From contig JAWKJB010000003.1 in the NCBI GenBank assembly GCA_041393965.1, forward strand, positions 261,676 to 325,675: a stretch of DNA of 64,000 nucleotides, given 5' to 3'. Made by a program: the position numbers and the translations under genes. Shown here one piece after another: positions 50,478 through 59,552 of this stretch. Origin of the DNA: Acidimicrobiia bacterium (lineage in GTDB: Bacteria; Actinomycetota; Acidimicrobiia; Spongiisociales; UBA5794). The notes under the pieces were generated by a model. It had not been told where the DNA came from. It searched no databases and worked only from the letters and a program-made list of their open reading frames with translations. The first letter of the stretch is position 1. Each line of letters starts with the position of its first letter.

Positions 50478-51364
50478 CCCGGATCGGCTACATGTTCAAG
50501 GAGGCGATCTCCAACCTCGGGCGGAACGCGCTCGTGGTCCTCGGCGCCGTCCTTGCCGTTTTCATCTCGCTGACGCTGACCTTCGGGACCCTTGTCTTTG
50601 GCGAGGTCGTCCGCGTCAACACCCTGCGTTGGGCTGAGGATGTCCGCGTCATCGCGTTTCTCCAAGACGACATGACCGCCCAGGACACGGCCGCCCTGCA
50701 AGCCGAGGTGGCCACATGGCCACAGGTTGCCGATGTGTTCTATGTGTCGAAAGCCGACGCCTTCGACGAAGCACAGATCCTGTTCGCGAACAACGAAGCG
50801 ATGTTGTCCGTCCTCGAGCAGAATCCGGATCTCCTCCCGGCATCGCTTCGGGTGCAGCCGACCGATCCCGACGACTACGACATCCTCGTCACCCGCCTTG
50901 GATCGACGCCGGGAGTCGACAAGGTCCAGAGCGCCGATGCTGCCATCGACGCGATGATCGCCCTGCGAGATGGACTCCAGCTGATGTTCTGGATTCTCGC
51001 TGTTGCGCTCGGAGCTGCCGCGGTGGCGTTGATTGCGAACACAATCCATATGGCGATCTACGCGCGGCGCGACGAGATCGAGATCATGCAGCTCGTCGGC
51101 GCGAGCAACTGGTTCGTCCGAACCCCATTCCTCATCGAGGGAGCGCTCGAAGGGTTCTTCGGTGGGGCGCTGGCGGTTGCTTTCGTCGTCACCGCACAAC
51201 AGTTGGCGGTTGACCGTCTCCAGGATCTGCCCGATTGGATCAATCTGGCGATCGACAACGACTTCCTCCTCAAGCAGGGTGTGCTGGTCCTGCTGTTTGG
51301 TGTAGCTGCCGGCCTCGTCGGCAGCTCCTTGAGCCTTGCAGTCCACCGCACCCTGCGTTCATGA
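50474..51364 (+). CDS. ftsX: Cell division permease FtsX
   Basis: Four [32 protein letters not shown]. Confidence 0.95.
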   Translation: MTRIGYMFKEAISNLGRNALVVLGAVLAVFISLTLTFGTLVFGEVVRVNTLRWAEDVRVIAFLQDDMTAQDTAALQAEVATWPQVADVFYVSKADAFDEAQILFANNEAMLSVLEQNPDLLPASLRVQPTDPDDYDILVTRLGSTPGVDKVQSADAAIDAMIALRDGLQLMFWILAVALGAAAVALIANTIHMAIYARRDEIEIMQLVGASNWFVRTPFLIEGALEGFFGGALAVAFVVTAQQLAVDRLQDLPDWINLAIDNDFLLKQGVLVLLFGVAAGLVGSSLSLAVHRTLRS

Positions 51365-52548
51365 TTCGCCGCGCCCTTCTCGTCACCGTTGCTGTTTCCC
51401 TCCTGATCGGTGCTGCGCCTGCCACCGCAGGTGATCTCGACGATGATCTCGCAGCGGTGCGGGCACGAATCACATCGTTGCGTTCGCAGCTGTCGGATCA
51501 ACAGGGGGTTCGGACGCCGATCGTTGAAGAGGTCCTCGCGGCCCAGACGCTTGTCGATTCCGCAGCAGCAGATCTGGCCACTGCAACAACCGCGTACAAC
51601 GACGCCGTCACCGCGGAGGCGGCAGCACGCACGCGGCTGGATGTCGTTCGCGAGGAGCTTGCGGTGCGGTTTGCGCACCTCGCCGCGCTGCGATCCGATG
51701 TCGACGCGGCGCGGACGGAGGCCAAGGCGTGGGCTCGCGAGGCGTACACAAGGGGTGGCATGGCCGAACCTGCCATCGCCTTTTCGGTGCCTGCGCTCGC
51801 CGACATCGCGGTCGGGGTCGCCTATCTCGATGTTCTGACCGGTGTCTCGTCCGATGCCGCCGATCGATTCCAGCTTCTCGTCGACGCCGAGGCGATCGAG
51901 GAGGCCAAGGTCAAGGCCGTCGAGGCCGAACTCGAGCACCAGATCGCGGCCCTGGAACTGTCCCAGTCCGACCTCGCGACGGCGATCTCTGCCCTTGATG
52001 CCCATCGAGCCACCCTTCAGACGGCTGCCGACGCGCAGCAGGCGCGTCTCGATGAGATCGACGCAAGGATTGACGAGTTCGAATCGGAGATCTCGGCGCT
52101 CGCCCGTGAGGAGTCCTCCATCAAGGCCGCGATCTACGCGGCGTCACATCCGACGCCGAGTTCGTCTGGGGCTCTCATCCGGCCGGTGCCGGGCGCCATC
52201 TCCTCGGGGTTCGGCAAGAGGGTGCATCCCATCACCGGAGGCATCAAGATGCACAACGGTGTCGATATGAACGCCCACCACGGCGATCCCATCCGCGCAG
52301 CGGGGGATGGTGTGGTGATCCTGTCGGGCGTCAAGGGCGGCTACGGCAACACGGTGATGATCGACCACGGGGGTGGGATGGTGACGCTCTACGCGCATCA
52401 GTCCAAGCTTGGTGTGTCGGTCGGCCAGCATGTCTCACAGGGGCAGGTGATCGGGTGGGTGGGCTCGACCGGTCAATCGACCGGTCCCCATCTGCACTTC
52501 GAGGTCCGGATCAACGGAACACCCAGAAACCCGGTCAACTACTGGTGA
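51361..52548 (+). CDS. Coiled-coil plus M23 peptidase (EnvC/RipC-like FtsEX partner)
   Basis: Signal peptide, long coiled coil, [24 protein letters not shown]. Confidence 0.93.
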   Translation: MIRRALLVTVAVSLLIGAAPATAGDLDDDLAAVRARITSLRSQLSDQQGVRTPIVEEVLAAQTLVDSAAADLATATTAYNDAVTAEAAARTRLDVVREELAVRFAHLAALRSDVDAARTEAKAWAREAYTRGGMAEPAIAFSVPALADIAVGVAYLDVLTGVSSDAADRFQLLVDAEAIEEAKVKAVEAELEHQIAALELSQSDLATAISALDAHRATLQTAADAQQARLDEIDARIDEFESEISALAREESSIKAAIYAASHPTPSSSGALIRPVPGAISSGFGKRVHPITGGIKMHNGVDMNAHHGDPIRAAGDGVVILSGVKGGYGNTVMIDHGGGMVTLYAHQSKLGVSVGQHVSQGQVIGWVGSTGQSTGPHLHFEVRINGTPRNPVNYW

Positions 52549-52550
52549 GC

Positions 52551-52808
52551 AGATAGCAGATATCAGATATCAGATATCAGATATCAGACATGAGATACCA
52601 GACATCAGATATCAGACATCTGGCATCTGAGATCTGAGATCTGGCATCTGGCATCTGGCATCTGGCATCTGGCATCTGGCATCTGGCATCTGGCTTCTGG
52701 CTTCTGGCTTCTGGCTTCTGGCATCTGGCATCTGGGATCTGAGATCTGAGATCTGGCTTCTGGCATCTGACATCTGGCTTCTGGCATCTGGCATCTGACA
52801 TCTGGCAC
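52551..52808. repeat. Heptamer tandem array 2, inverted two-arm structure
   Basis: 10 units of AGA(T/C)ATC-type (52551-52620), then 26 units of TGGCATC/TGGCTTC/TGAGATC/TGACATC-type (52621-52802) plus a partial. The arms are complementary through CAGA(T)/(A)TCTG. Confidence 0.95.
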
Positions 52809-52821
52809 TAGCCTCCGGGTG

Positions 52822-53277
52822 ATGGGTGGGCGCAAGGTCGTTGCAACGAATCGTCAGGCGCGGTTCAACTACGAGATTCTCGATACCTTCGAGGCCGGTA
52901 TGGTCTTGAGGGGCTCGGAGGTCAAGTCGCTGCGTGCTGGCCAGGCCCAGTTGAAGGACTCCTACGCCGACATCCGCGACGGCGAGGTGTGGCTCGTCGG
53001 AGCGCACATCTCTCCGTACAAGTTCGCGGACAACGGAGGACATGACCCGGAACGCCAACGCAAGTTGCTCTTGCACCGCCGCGAGATCGATCGCCTCTTC
53101 GGCCGCATCCGCGAGGAGGGACTGACCTTGGTTCCGACCCAGATCTACTTTGCTGAAGGTCGAGCCAAGGTTGAGCTCGCGCTCGGCAAGGGGAAGCGGC
53201 GCCATGACAAGCGCAGAACGATCGTCGAGCGACAACAACAACGGGAGATGGACCGCGCTCGGAGCCACCGACGATAG
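52822..53277 (+). CDS. smpB: SsrA-binding protein
   Basis: ATNRQARFNY, EAGMVLRGSEVKSLR, R-RKLLLH, LGKGKRRHDKR. TAGCCT lies 7 nt before the ATG. Confidence 0.97.
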   Translation: MGGRKVVATNRQARFNYEILDTFEAGMVLRGSEVKSLRAGQAQLKDSYADIRDGEVWLVGAHISPYKFADNGGHDPERQRKLLLHRREIDRLFGRIREEGLTLVPTQIYFAEGRAKVELALGKGKRRHDKRRTIVERQQQREMDRARSHRR

Positions 53278-53294
53278 ACGCCGCAAGCAGCGCG

Positions 53295-54185
53295 CTATGC
53301 GCCGATGTTCTCGACCTGCTCGAAGAGTTCCTCGATATGATCGGTTTGGAGCAGCCCTGGGGCACGGAGGAGGACCTCGCCGCTGCCGCTGGTCACGACC
53401 CAGAACGGGAAGGCGGAGACCCCCATCTTGGCCGCCATTCGATTCGATGCATCGACCACGATCGGAAACGGGAAGTCACCGTTGTCGAGATACGCGTCAA
53501 GCGGATTCCCACGGGATGGATCGATGCTCGTCGTCACGGTCACGAGTTCGGTCTCGTACCGTTCTGACGCTTCCGGGTACCAGTCCGAGAGCAGCGGGAT
53601 CTCCTGTTGGCAGTACGGGCACCAATGCGCCCAGACCATCCAGACGCGCCGTGTTCCGTCGGCCGGATCGATCGAAACCGGTTGATCCGTGTAGGCGTCG
53701 GTGCCTTCGATTGTGCCCATCGTCATGCCGAGGGCTTGATCCGGCGCGTCGCGTTCGAAGCGGGGGAGGTATCCGGCCGGCACGGACGCTGCTGGTGGTT
53801 CGATGGTGCTTGCCCCACCGGCCTCGGCTTGCGGGGCGAGGACGAGCGCTTGCACGCTTGTGCCGAGATCGGCGATGTCCTTCGCAAGTCCATTGATCTC
53901 GTCGCCGATCGACTCGACCTGTCCGGCCAAGGTCTCGTTGAGTGATTCGATTCCTGCTCGGTTCTCGTTGAGGGCGTTGAGCGTGAGGATCTGTGCGGTG
54001 ATGAGTCCCGCGACGACGAGCGCGGCGACCGCGATGACTCCGATCATCCACCTGGGGAGTGTGCTCGAACCCGTGTCTCGTACCGAGGCGGCGGCGATGT
54101 CTCTTGCAACCGTCCCTTCCTGGGAGTCAGGGTCGTGCTTGGCTGTGCCGTCGGACGCGTCGGGTTCGCTCGGAGTCTCGTGCAT
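53295..54185 (-). CDS. Membrane-anchored TlpA-like thioredoxin
   Basis: Single TM, coiled coil, WAHWCPYC, FPFWVV. Confidence 0.82.
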   Translation of the reverse strand: MHETPSEPDASDGTAKHDPDSQEGTVARDIAAASVRDTGSSTLPRWMIGVIAVAALVVAGLITAQILTLNALNENRAGIESLNETLAGQVESIGDEINGLAKDIADLGTSVQALVLAPQAEAGGASTIEPPAASVPAGYLPRFERDAPDQALGMTMGTIEGTDAYTDQPVSIDPADGTRRVWMVWAHWCPYCQQEIPLLSDWYPEASERYETELVTVTTSIDPSRGNPLDAYLDNGDFPFPIVVDASNRMAAKMGVSAFPFWVVTSGSGEVLLRAPGLLQTDHIEELFEQVENIGA

Positions 54186-54300
54186 CGCTCAAGGATATCG
54201 GCGCCTCGGGTGACAGTTCCGGGATCGAGAACCGTGGAGGCAGGCGTCGGGAAGGGGTATCCTCCGGAATGTGGATGTGCACCAACACATCTCCCGATTC

Positions 54301-54656
54301 GGGGGTGACATGGTTTCGACCGTGAGCGTTGATGCGTCGGAAGCGAGCCGAGGTTGCCGGAGTCCTCGTAAAAGAGCCGGTATCAACATAAGTGCAGACA
54401 ACGAAAGTTACGCACTGGCAGCGTAGATAAACGCTCCTGTCCGACCGGAGGGCTCCCACCTCGCCGGGCCCGGGCATTGCAATGTGGGATGCCCCCACCG
54501 GGGTTCCGTGACCGGTGGGGAAAGACGATTGCGGATAGGGCATGGGGTTGCTTGCCGGCAGGGTCCCCGTGGTCCGAACGCTCGCTGCTGGCTGCGCTCG
54601 GAGATGCCGACGCTGAAATCTTGCGGGACGGGGGTTCGATTCCCCCCACCTCCACC
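54301..54656 (+). ncRNA. ssrA: tmRNA
   Basis: 5' GGGGGTGACATGGTTTCGAC. Acceptor stem GGGGGTG/CACCTCC with G3-U70. T-arm GGGGTTCGATTCCCC. Internal tag ORF. About 1 kb from smpB. Confidence 0.97.
54394..54426 (+). other. tmRNA tag reading frame (A)ADNESYALAA*
   Basis: GCA resume codon after ATAAGT. Ends in YALAA then TAG. Confidence 0.9.
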
Positions 54657-54660
54657 CACC

Positions 54661-54702
54661 AAGAGAGCCATCCGGCCCTCTTGCGCGTACGCGTGTACGC
54701 GC
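54661..54702. terminator. Two tandem hairpins between ssrA and the convergent tetR
   Basis: AAGAGAGCC-ATCC-GGCCCTCTT (one mismatch) and GCGCGTAC-GCGT-GTACGCGC. Confidence 0.55.
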
Positions 54703-54710
54703 GTGCAACA

Positions 54711-55295
54711 TCAGGGGGTGAGTCCCCGAAGGAGTTCATCGACGATGGTGGTGCTCCAGTCGTCGGGGGCTGCATCGAGTCTCCCGGTCATCTTTCGGAT
54801 GATGACCGGTCCGGTGAGCAGGTCGACGACGGTGTCGGTGTCGATATCGGTCCGAACCTCGCCGCGGGACCGAGCAGATTCGACGAGCTGACCGATCGCA
54901 GCCCGCCGGGGGCCCACCACGGTGCGGAAGTACAGCAACCCGATCTCGCTTCGCTTCGCCATCTCTGCGGCGAGCCACGGTAGGAGCTCTCCCGCCCTCG
55001 AATCGGACACCAATGACCGCAGCCCGTCGAGGGCACGGACGAGGTCGGCTCGCAGATTGCCGGTGGCCGCGACGGTCACCTGCGCCGCAATGGTGCCGAT
55101 CGCGGCAACGATGATCTCATCCTTCGATGACCAGCGCCGGTAGATCGATGACTTGCTGACGCCGGCTCGGAGTGCGATCGACTCGATCGTGAGCGACGAA
55201 GGGCCTTCGTCTGCGAGCAGCGACATCGTGGCGTCGATGACCCGACGGTCCACCGACTCGTCGCGCGGTCTACCGGGTGGCGGCGTCGATGTCAT
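54711..55295 (-). CDS. TetR/AcrR family regulator
   Basis: PGRPRD, TIESIALRAGVSKSSIYRRWSSK. Overlaps the MFS stop. Confidence 0.93.
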   Translation of the reverse strand: MTSTPPPGRPRDESVDRRVIDATMSLLADEGPSSLTIESIALRAGVSKSSIYRRWSSKDEIIVAAIGTIAAQVTVAATGNLRADLVRALDGLRSLVSDSRAGELLPWLAAEMAKRSEIGLLYFRTVVGPRRAAIGQLVESARSRGEVRTDIDTDTVVDLLTGPVIIRKMTGRLDAAPDDWSTTIVDELLRGLTP

Positions 55296-56857
55296 GACGG
55301 ATCGGTGCGAGGGGATGGGCCGTCGGCGGCAAGGTCGGCTGCTGCGGCACTGCCCTCGATGTTGCGCGGCCTCGCTGGAAGAAACAGGGCCGTCACGACC
55401 GCACCGAGAAAGGCGATACCCGCCGCAACCCACACCGACGCGGCCATGCCGTCGACAAAGGCCCTGCTGGCAGCGTCGATCAGCGGCTCGCCCGCAGGTC
55501 CCAGTTCGGCGGCCACGCGGAACGCGCCCCCGATCGAGTCCTGTGCGATCTGGTCAACCTCCGCCGGAAGCGCGCTGACCGCTGAACCCATCGCCGACGA
55601 GTACACCGACGCGAGAATGCTCCCGAGGATGGCCACGCCGAGGGCACCACCCACCATCCGGGTGGTGTCGTTCATCGCCGATCCGACGCCTGCTTTGGCG
55701 AGGGGGAGTGAGCCCATGATCGAGTCGGTCGCGGGTGCCATCGCCGTTCCCATCCCGATACCCAGGAGGGCGAGTGTGACGGCGACATGCGCGTAGCCCG
55801 AGTCGATGGTGGTGGTGGCCAACCACGCCATGGAACCGGCCACGACCGCGAGCCCGGAGGTGACGACGATCTTGGTGCCGATGCGTTCGACGATCCGTGC
55901 CGAGAGCGGGGCAGCGACGATCATCGTCGCGATCGGCATCACTCGGATGCCGGCCTCAAGAGGCGAGTAGCCGAGAACGAACTGGAGGTACTGCGTCAAC
56001 AGGAAGATGGTGCCGAACATGGCGAAGAACACGAGGGTGATTGCCCCGCTTGCAGCACTGAATCGAGGGTTCTCGAAGAACTCGAGCCGAAGCATCGGAT
56101 AGGTCGCTCGGTTCTCCCAATACAGGAAGCCGACGATGAAGACGGCCGATGTGAGGAATCCGGTGACGACGAGTGGGTCCGTCCAGCCGAGACTTGGTGC
56201 CTCGATGATCGCGTACACGAGGGTCCCGAGGCCCGCGATGGATAGAACGGCTCCGAGTGGATCGAGCGGTGTGGCATCGGGGTCCTTGGACTCGGGCACG
56301 AGGAAGGAGCCAAGCACGATCGCGACACCTGCCACGAACACATTGATCAGGAAGACCGATCCCCACCAGAACTGCTCGAGGAGCCAGCCACCGAGCGCAG
56401 GGCCGATGACGATCCCGAGCCCCGCAACGGCGGCCCATGCCGCGATGGCACGGCCTCGTTCCGTTCCCTTGAAGATGTTGGTGACGATCGACAGCGTCGA
56501 TGGCATGATCAGGGCGCCGCCGACACCCATGACGGCGCGAGTCACGATCAACATGTCTGCGCTCGTGGAGAACGCCGCGAACAGCGACGCCGCACCGAAG
56601 ATGATGAGGCCGGCGTTGAGGGCGAGCTTCCGCCCGAACCGGTCCCCGAGCGCCCCCATCGTGAGCAGGATGCCGGCGAACACCAGCACATATGAGTCGA
56701 CCATCCACTGCAACTGACTCGCCGATGCGTCGAGCTCGTGCACGAGGGTGGGAAGGGCGACATTGAGAATGGTGTTGTCGAGTCCGATGATCAGGAGGCT
56801 CAGCGACAGCACGCCGAGCGTCAGCCACCGTCTGCGATGAATGGTTGTTTGGTCCAT
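55292..56857 (-). CDS. MFS efflux pump, DHA2 (EmrB/QacA) family
   Basis: LDNTILNVALP, LQWMVDSY, GDRFGRK, about 14 TM, WGSVFLINV. Confidence 0.94.
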   Translation of the reverse strand: MDQTTIHRRRWLTLGVLSLSLLIIGLDNTILNVALPTLVHELDASASQLQWMVDSYVLVFAGILLTMGALGDRFGRKLALNAGLIIFGAASLFAAFSTSADMLIVTRAVMGVGGALIMPSTLSIVTNIFKGTERGRAIAAWAAVAGLGIVIGPALGGWLLEQFWWGSVFLINVFVAGVAIVLGSFLVPESKDPDATPLDPLGAVLSIAGLGTLVYAIIEAPSLGWTDPLVVTGFLTSAVFIVGFLYWENRATYPMLRLEFFENPRFSAASGAITLVFFAMFGTIFLLTQYLQFVLGYSPLEAGIRVMPIATMIVAAPLSARIVERIGTKIVVTSGLAVVAGSMAWLATTTIDSGYAHVAVTLALLGIGMGTAMAPATDSIMGSLPLAKAGVGSAMNDTTRMVGGALGVAILGSILASVYSSAMGSAVSALPAEVDQIAQDSIGGAFRVAAELGPAGEPLIDAASRAFVDGMAASVWVAAGIAFLGAVVTALFLPARPRNIEGSAAAADLAADGPSPRTDPS

Positions 56858-56879
56858 GGGGTTCCTCATCCAGTATTAC

Positions 56880-56900
56880 GATACGGTACGGTTCCGTTTC
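56880..56900. promoter_or_regulatory. Imperfect palindrome GATACGGTACGGTTCCGTTTC, likely TetR operator
   Basis: 16 of 21 positions are symmetric. Lies 23 nt upstream of the MFS ATG. Confidence 0.6.
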
Positions 56901-56948
56901 GGAATAAACGGTACCACTGGACGGGGCCAATCATGTTCGGCTCGCAGC

Positions 56949-58067
56949 CTACGAAGCGATGCCGAGTGCAACGCGGGGGTCGACGAACTCGGCGTTGAGG
57001 GCGTGGGCGACAGCTTCGTTCGTGATGGCGCCCGCAACGACGCTCACCCCGCCCCCGAGCTCCGGGAGGCGTTCCACAGCCGTTGGGACACCGTCGGCGA
57101 GGGCCCGCACATAGGGCAGGGTCACATTCGACAGCGCCCTCGACGCGGTGACCGGAACCGATCCGGGGATGTTCCCGACCGCGTAGTGGACCACACCGTC
57201 GACGACATAGGTCGGCTCGTGGTGGGTGGTCTCCCGGCTGGTCTCGAAGCATCCTCCCTGGTCGATCGAGATGTCGACGAGCACCGAACCGTCGTGCATG
57301 TCGCCAAGCATGTCCTTCGTCACCACAACCGGCGCCCGGTCACCGGCAACCAGTACGGCTCCGATCACGAGGTCGGCCTGGCTCACCCACTCGTTGACCG
57401 ACGATCGGGTCGAATAGTCCGTTGACACCCGTGATCCCCAGTGGTCGATCACGCGCTCGAGCGCCTGGAGGTTGACATCGAGGACCGTCACCTGGGCACC
57501 AAGACCAACGGCGACATCGATGGCGTTGAGGCCAGCGGAACCGGCGCCGATCACAACGACGCGACCCCTCGGTACGCCAGCATGCCCGCCGAGGAGCACG
57601 CCGCGCCCACCGTGTGGTGCCATCAGATGGTGGGCGCCGACCTGGGTCGACAACCTGCCAGCGATGTGGCTCATCGGTGCGAGCAGGGGGAGCGATCCTC
57701 GGACCTCAACGGTCTCATAGGCAATGGCGGTCGCTCCCGACGCGCGCAGCCCGTCCGCAACCTGCGGGTACGCCGCGAGATGCAAGAAGGTGAACACGAT
57801 GTGATCGGAGGTCAGCAGCTCGAGTTCCGTGGGCTGGGGTTCCTTGACATGCACGATGAGTCGTGCCGCGTCGAACACGGCCTCCGCGGTGTCAACGAGG
57901 ATCGCGCCTGCGGCCGTATACGCCTCGTCGGGTGCCCCTGCGCCGCTTCCCGCCCCGGCCTGGACAAACACCGAGTGGCCACGCAGGACGAGGTCGTGGG
58001 CTGCTCCCGGCTGGAGTGCCACCCGCCGCTCATCCGGCTTGATCTCTGTCACGACGCCGATATTCAT
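56949..58067 (-). CDS. ald: Alanine dehydrogenase
   Basis: E-K-ERRVAL-P, HVKEP, FTFLHLAA, LLAPMS-IAGR, DISIDQGGC, YAVGNIPG. Confidence 0.95.
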   Translation of the reverse strand: MNIGVVTEIKPDERRVALQPGAAHDLVLRGHSVFVQAGAGSGAGAPDEAYTAAGAILVDTAEAVFDAARLIVHVKEPQPTELELLTSDHIVFTFLHLAAYPQVADGLRASGATAIAYETVEVRGSLPLLAPMSHIAGRLSTQVGAHHLMAPHGGRGVLLGGHAGVPRGRVVVIGAGSAGLNAIDVAVGLGAQVTVLDVNLQALERVIDHWGSRVSTDYSTRSSVNEWVSQADLVIGAVLVAGDRAPVVVTKDMLGDMHDGSVLVDISIDQGGCFETSRETTHHEPTYVVDGVVHYAVGNIPGSVPVTASRALSNVTLPYVRALADGVPTAVERLPELGGGVSVVAGAITNEAVAHALNAEFVDPRVALGIAS

Positions 58068-59428
58068 CGGATTCCTCCGTTGTCGGTGGGTTCCGGCCAC
58101 ATTCTTCCGCGTGCTGCTTGCGCGATATGGCCGATGATCTCCCTCGCTTGTTCCGTGTAGGTACTCGTGGTGACCCGCACATGTCGGCCCTGCTCGCCGC
58201 GCAGTTGGAATGGCTTGCCCCGTGCGACTCCGATGCCGTGTGCCGCGAGCATCGGCACCGCGAAGGCCTCGTCGTCCACAGGCACCCACGCGTTGAGTCC
58301 GTCTCCGTCGTCGACCTCGATTCCATGGGCGGCAAGATCCTCGACGAAGGTGGCGCGGCGCTGCGCATACTCAGAGGCGGCGTGTTCGATCGAGCGGTTG
58401 ACCTCTTCGGAGGCCAGCATCGCCGCGAGGATGCGTTGCAATAGTCGGGACGACCACGACGGGCCGAGACTTCGCCTGCGTTCGACGGCGATGATCGGTT
58501 CGGCCGGTCCACCGACCGCAGCGAGCCGAAGGTCGGGCCCATGGGACTTCGAGAAGCTGTGGATGTGCAGCACACGATCCGGAAGGGCATCTCCGAAGCT
58601 CACAAGCGGAGCCCCGGCCACCATGCCGGAATGGTCGTCTTCGATCACGAGGACTCCCGATCGCTCGAGGATGGGGAGGAGCTCGTCTCGGCGTCGAGGT
58701 GTCATGCTCGCGCCTGTCGGGTTGTGACCGCGAGGTTGGACGAACAAAATGCCGATGCCGGCGTCGACCGCCCCGGCGACCGAGTCGGGAAGGAGCCCCT
58801 CACCGTCGAGATCGATCGGGTACGGCACGGCGCCAGCCGTTTCGATCATGTCGAAGATCGGCGGAAAGCCGGGGTCGCTCACACCGATGAGGTCCCCCAC
58901 CTGTGCGGTCACCCCGAGGATGCGGTCCATGGCATCCATGGCCCCATTGAGCACCGTCATTCGTGCCGGGGCGAAGGGCCAGATGCGGAGAAGCTCTCCT
59001 TCGAGTTCCTCGGCGACCGGCGCCTCGACATAGGACGACACCGACGGCGTGCTGTCGAGCTCGGCGAGGATGTCGTGGGGGTTCGGGAGCAGGGACGCAT
59101 CCGGAATCCCGCTTGACAGGTCGTAGCTGATCGCGTCGCCCCTCACGGGCACCTGCCAATACCGCGTCGTTGGTCCACCGGTACGGTCGCGTATGAACGA
59201 GCCGCGCCGGCCATCGGTCTCGATGACCTTGTGTCTTCGGAGGATCTGCCACGCTTCGCCAACGGTCGATGGGCTCACCGCGAGCGCACCGGCGAGGTCG
59301 CGCACCGTCGGAAGCCGGGTCCCGGCAGCGAGCGCACCCGACGACACGCACACACCGATCGCCTTTGCGATTCCGTCGGGTGTTGCTTCGACAACCGCGG
59401 CGACGATGCGACTCTCTGCGGACGGCAT
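58064..59428 (-). CDS. MocR/GabR family regulator (GntR wHTH plus PLP aminotransferase domain)
   Basis: GTRLPTVRDLA-VS-TV-AW HTH, IEDD, SFSKS-P-LR. Confidence 0.92.
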   Translation of the reverse strand: MPSAESRIVAAVVEATPDGIAKAIGVCVSSGALAAGTRLPTVRDLAGALAVSPSTVGEAWQILRRHKVIETDGRRGSFIRDRTGGPTTRYWQVPVRGDAISYDLSSGIPDASLLPNPHDILAELDSTPSVSSYVEAPVAEELEGELLRIWPFAPARMTVLNGAMDAMDRILGVTAQVGDLIGVSDPGFPPIFDMIETAGAVPYPIDLDGEGLLPDSVAGAVDAGIGILFVQPRGHNPTGASMTPRRRDELLPILERSGVLVIEDDHSGMVAGAPLVSFGDALPDRVLHIHSFSKSHGPDLRLAAVGGPAEPIIAVERRRSLGPSWSSRLLQRILAAMLASEEVNRSIEHAASEYAQRRATFVEDLAAHGIEVDDGDGLNAWVPVDDEAFAVPMLAAHGIGVARGKPFQLRGEQGRHVRVTTSTYTEQAREIIGHIAQAARGRMWPEPTDNGGIR

Positions 59429-59435
59429 GACAACC

Positions 59436-59487
59436 TTTGTCTGGTACGAATCGGCGTTTGTACAACTCTATCGAATCTTTGTATGGT
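59436..59487. promoter_or_regulatory. Three TTTGT-headed repeats at exact 21-bp spacing, probable MocR operator
   Basis: TTTGTCTGGT at 59436, TTTGTACAAC at 59457 and TTTGTATGGT at 59478, in the divergent intergenic region. Confidence 0.6.
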
Positions 59488-59552
59488 GTGCAGGTGGCGG
59501 AGCAGCGCCCCGCAGAAGAAGTGCCGAACGAACGGACACCAAGGAGCCACCG

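Noticed and set aside
49393-52808. CRISPR interpretation of the repeat arrays
   Set aside because: The units are 7 bp and contiguous, with no unique spacers and no cas genes.
52577-53286. Minus-strand ORFs with QMPDARC repeats (also 49415-49744 with QQTTDNR repeats)
   Set aside because: These are by-products of stop-free heptamer repeats, antisense to smpB or ftsE, with no RBS.
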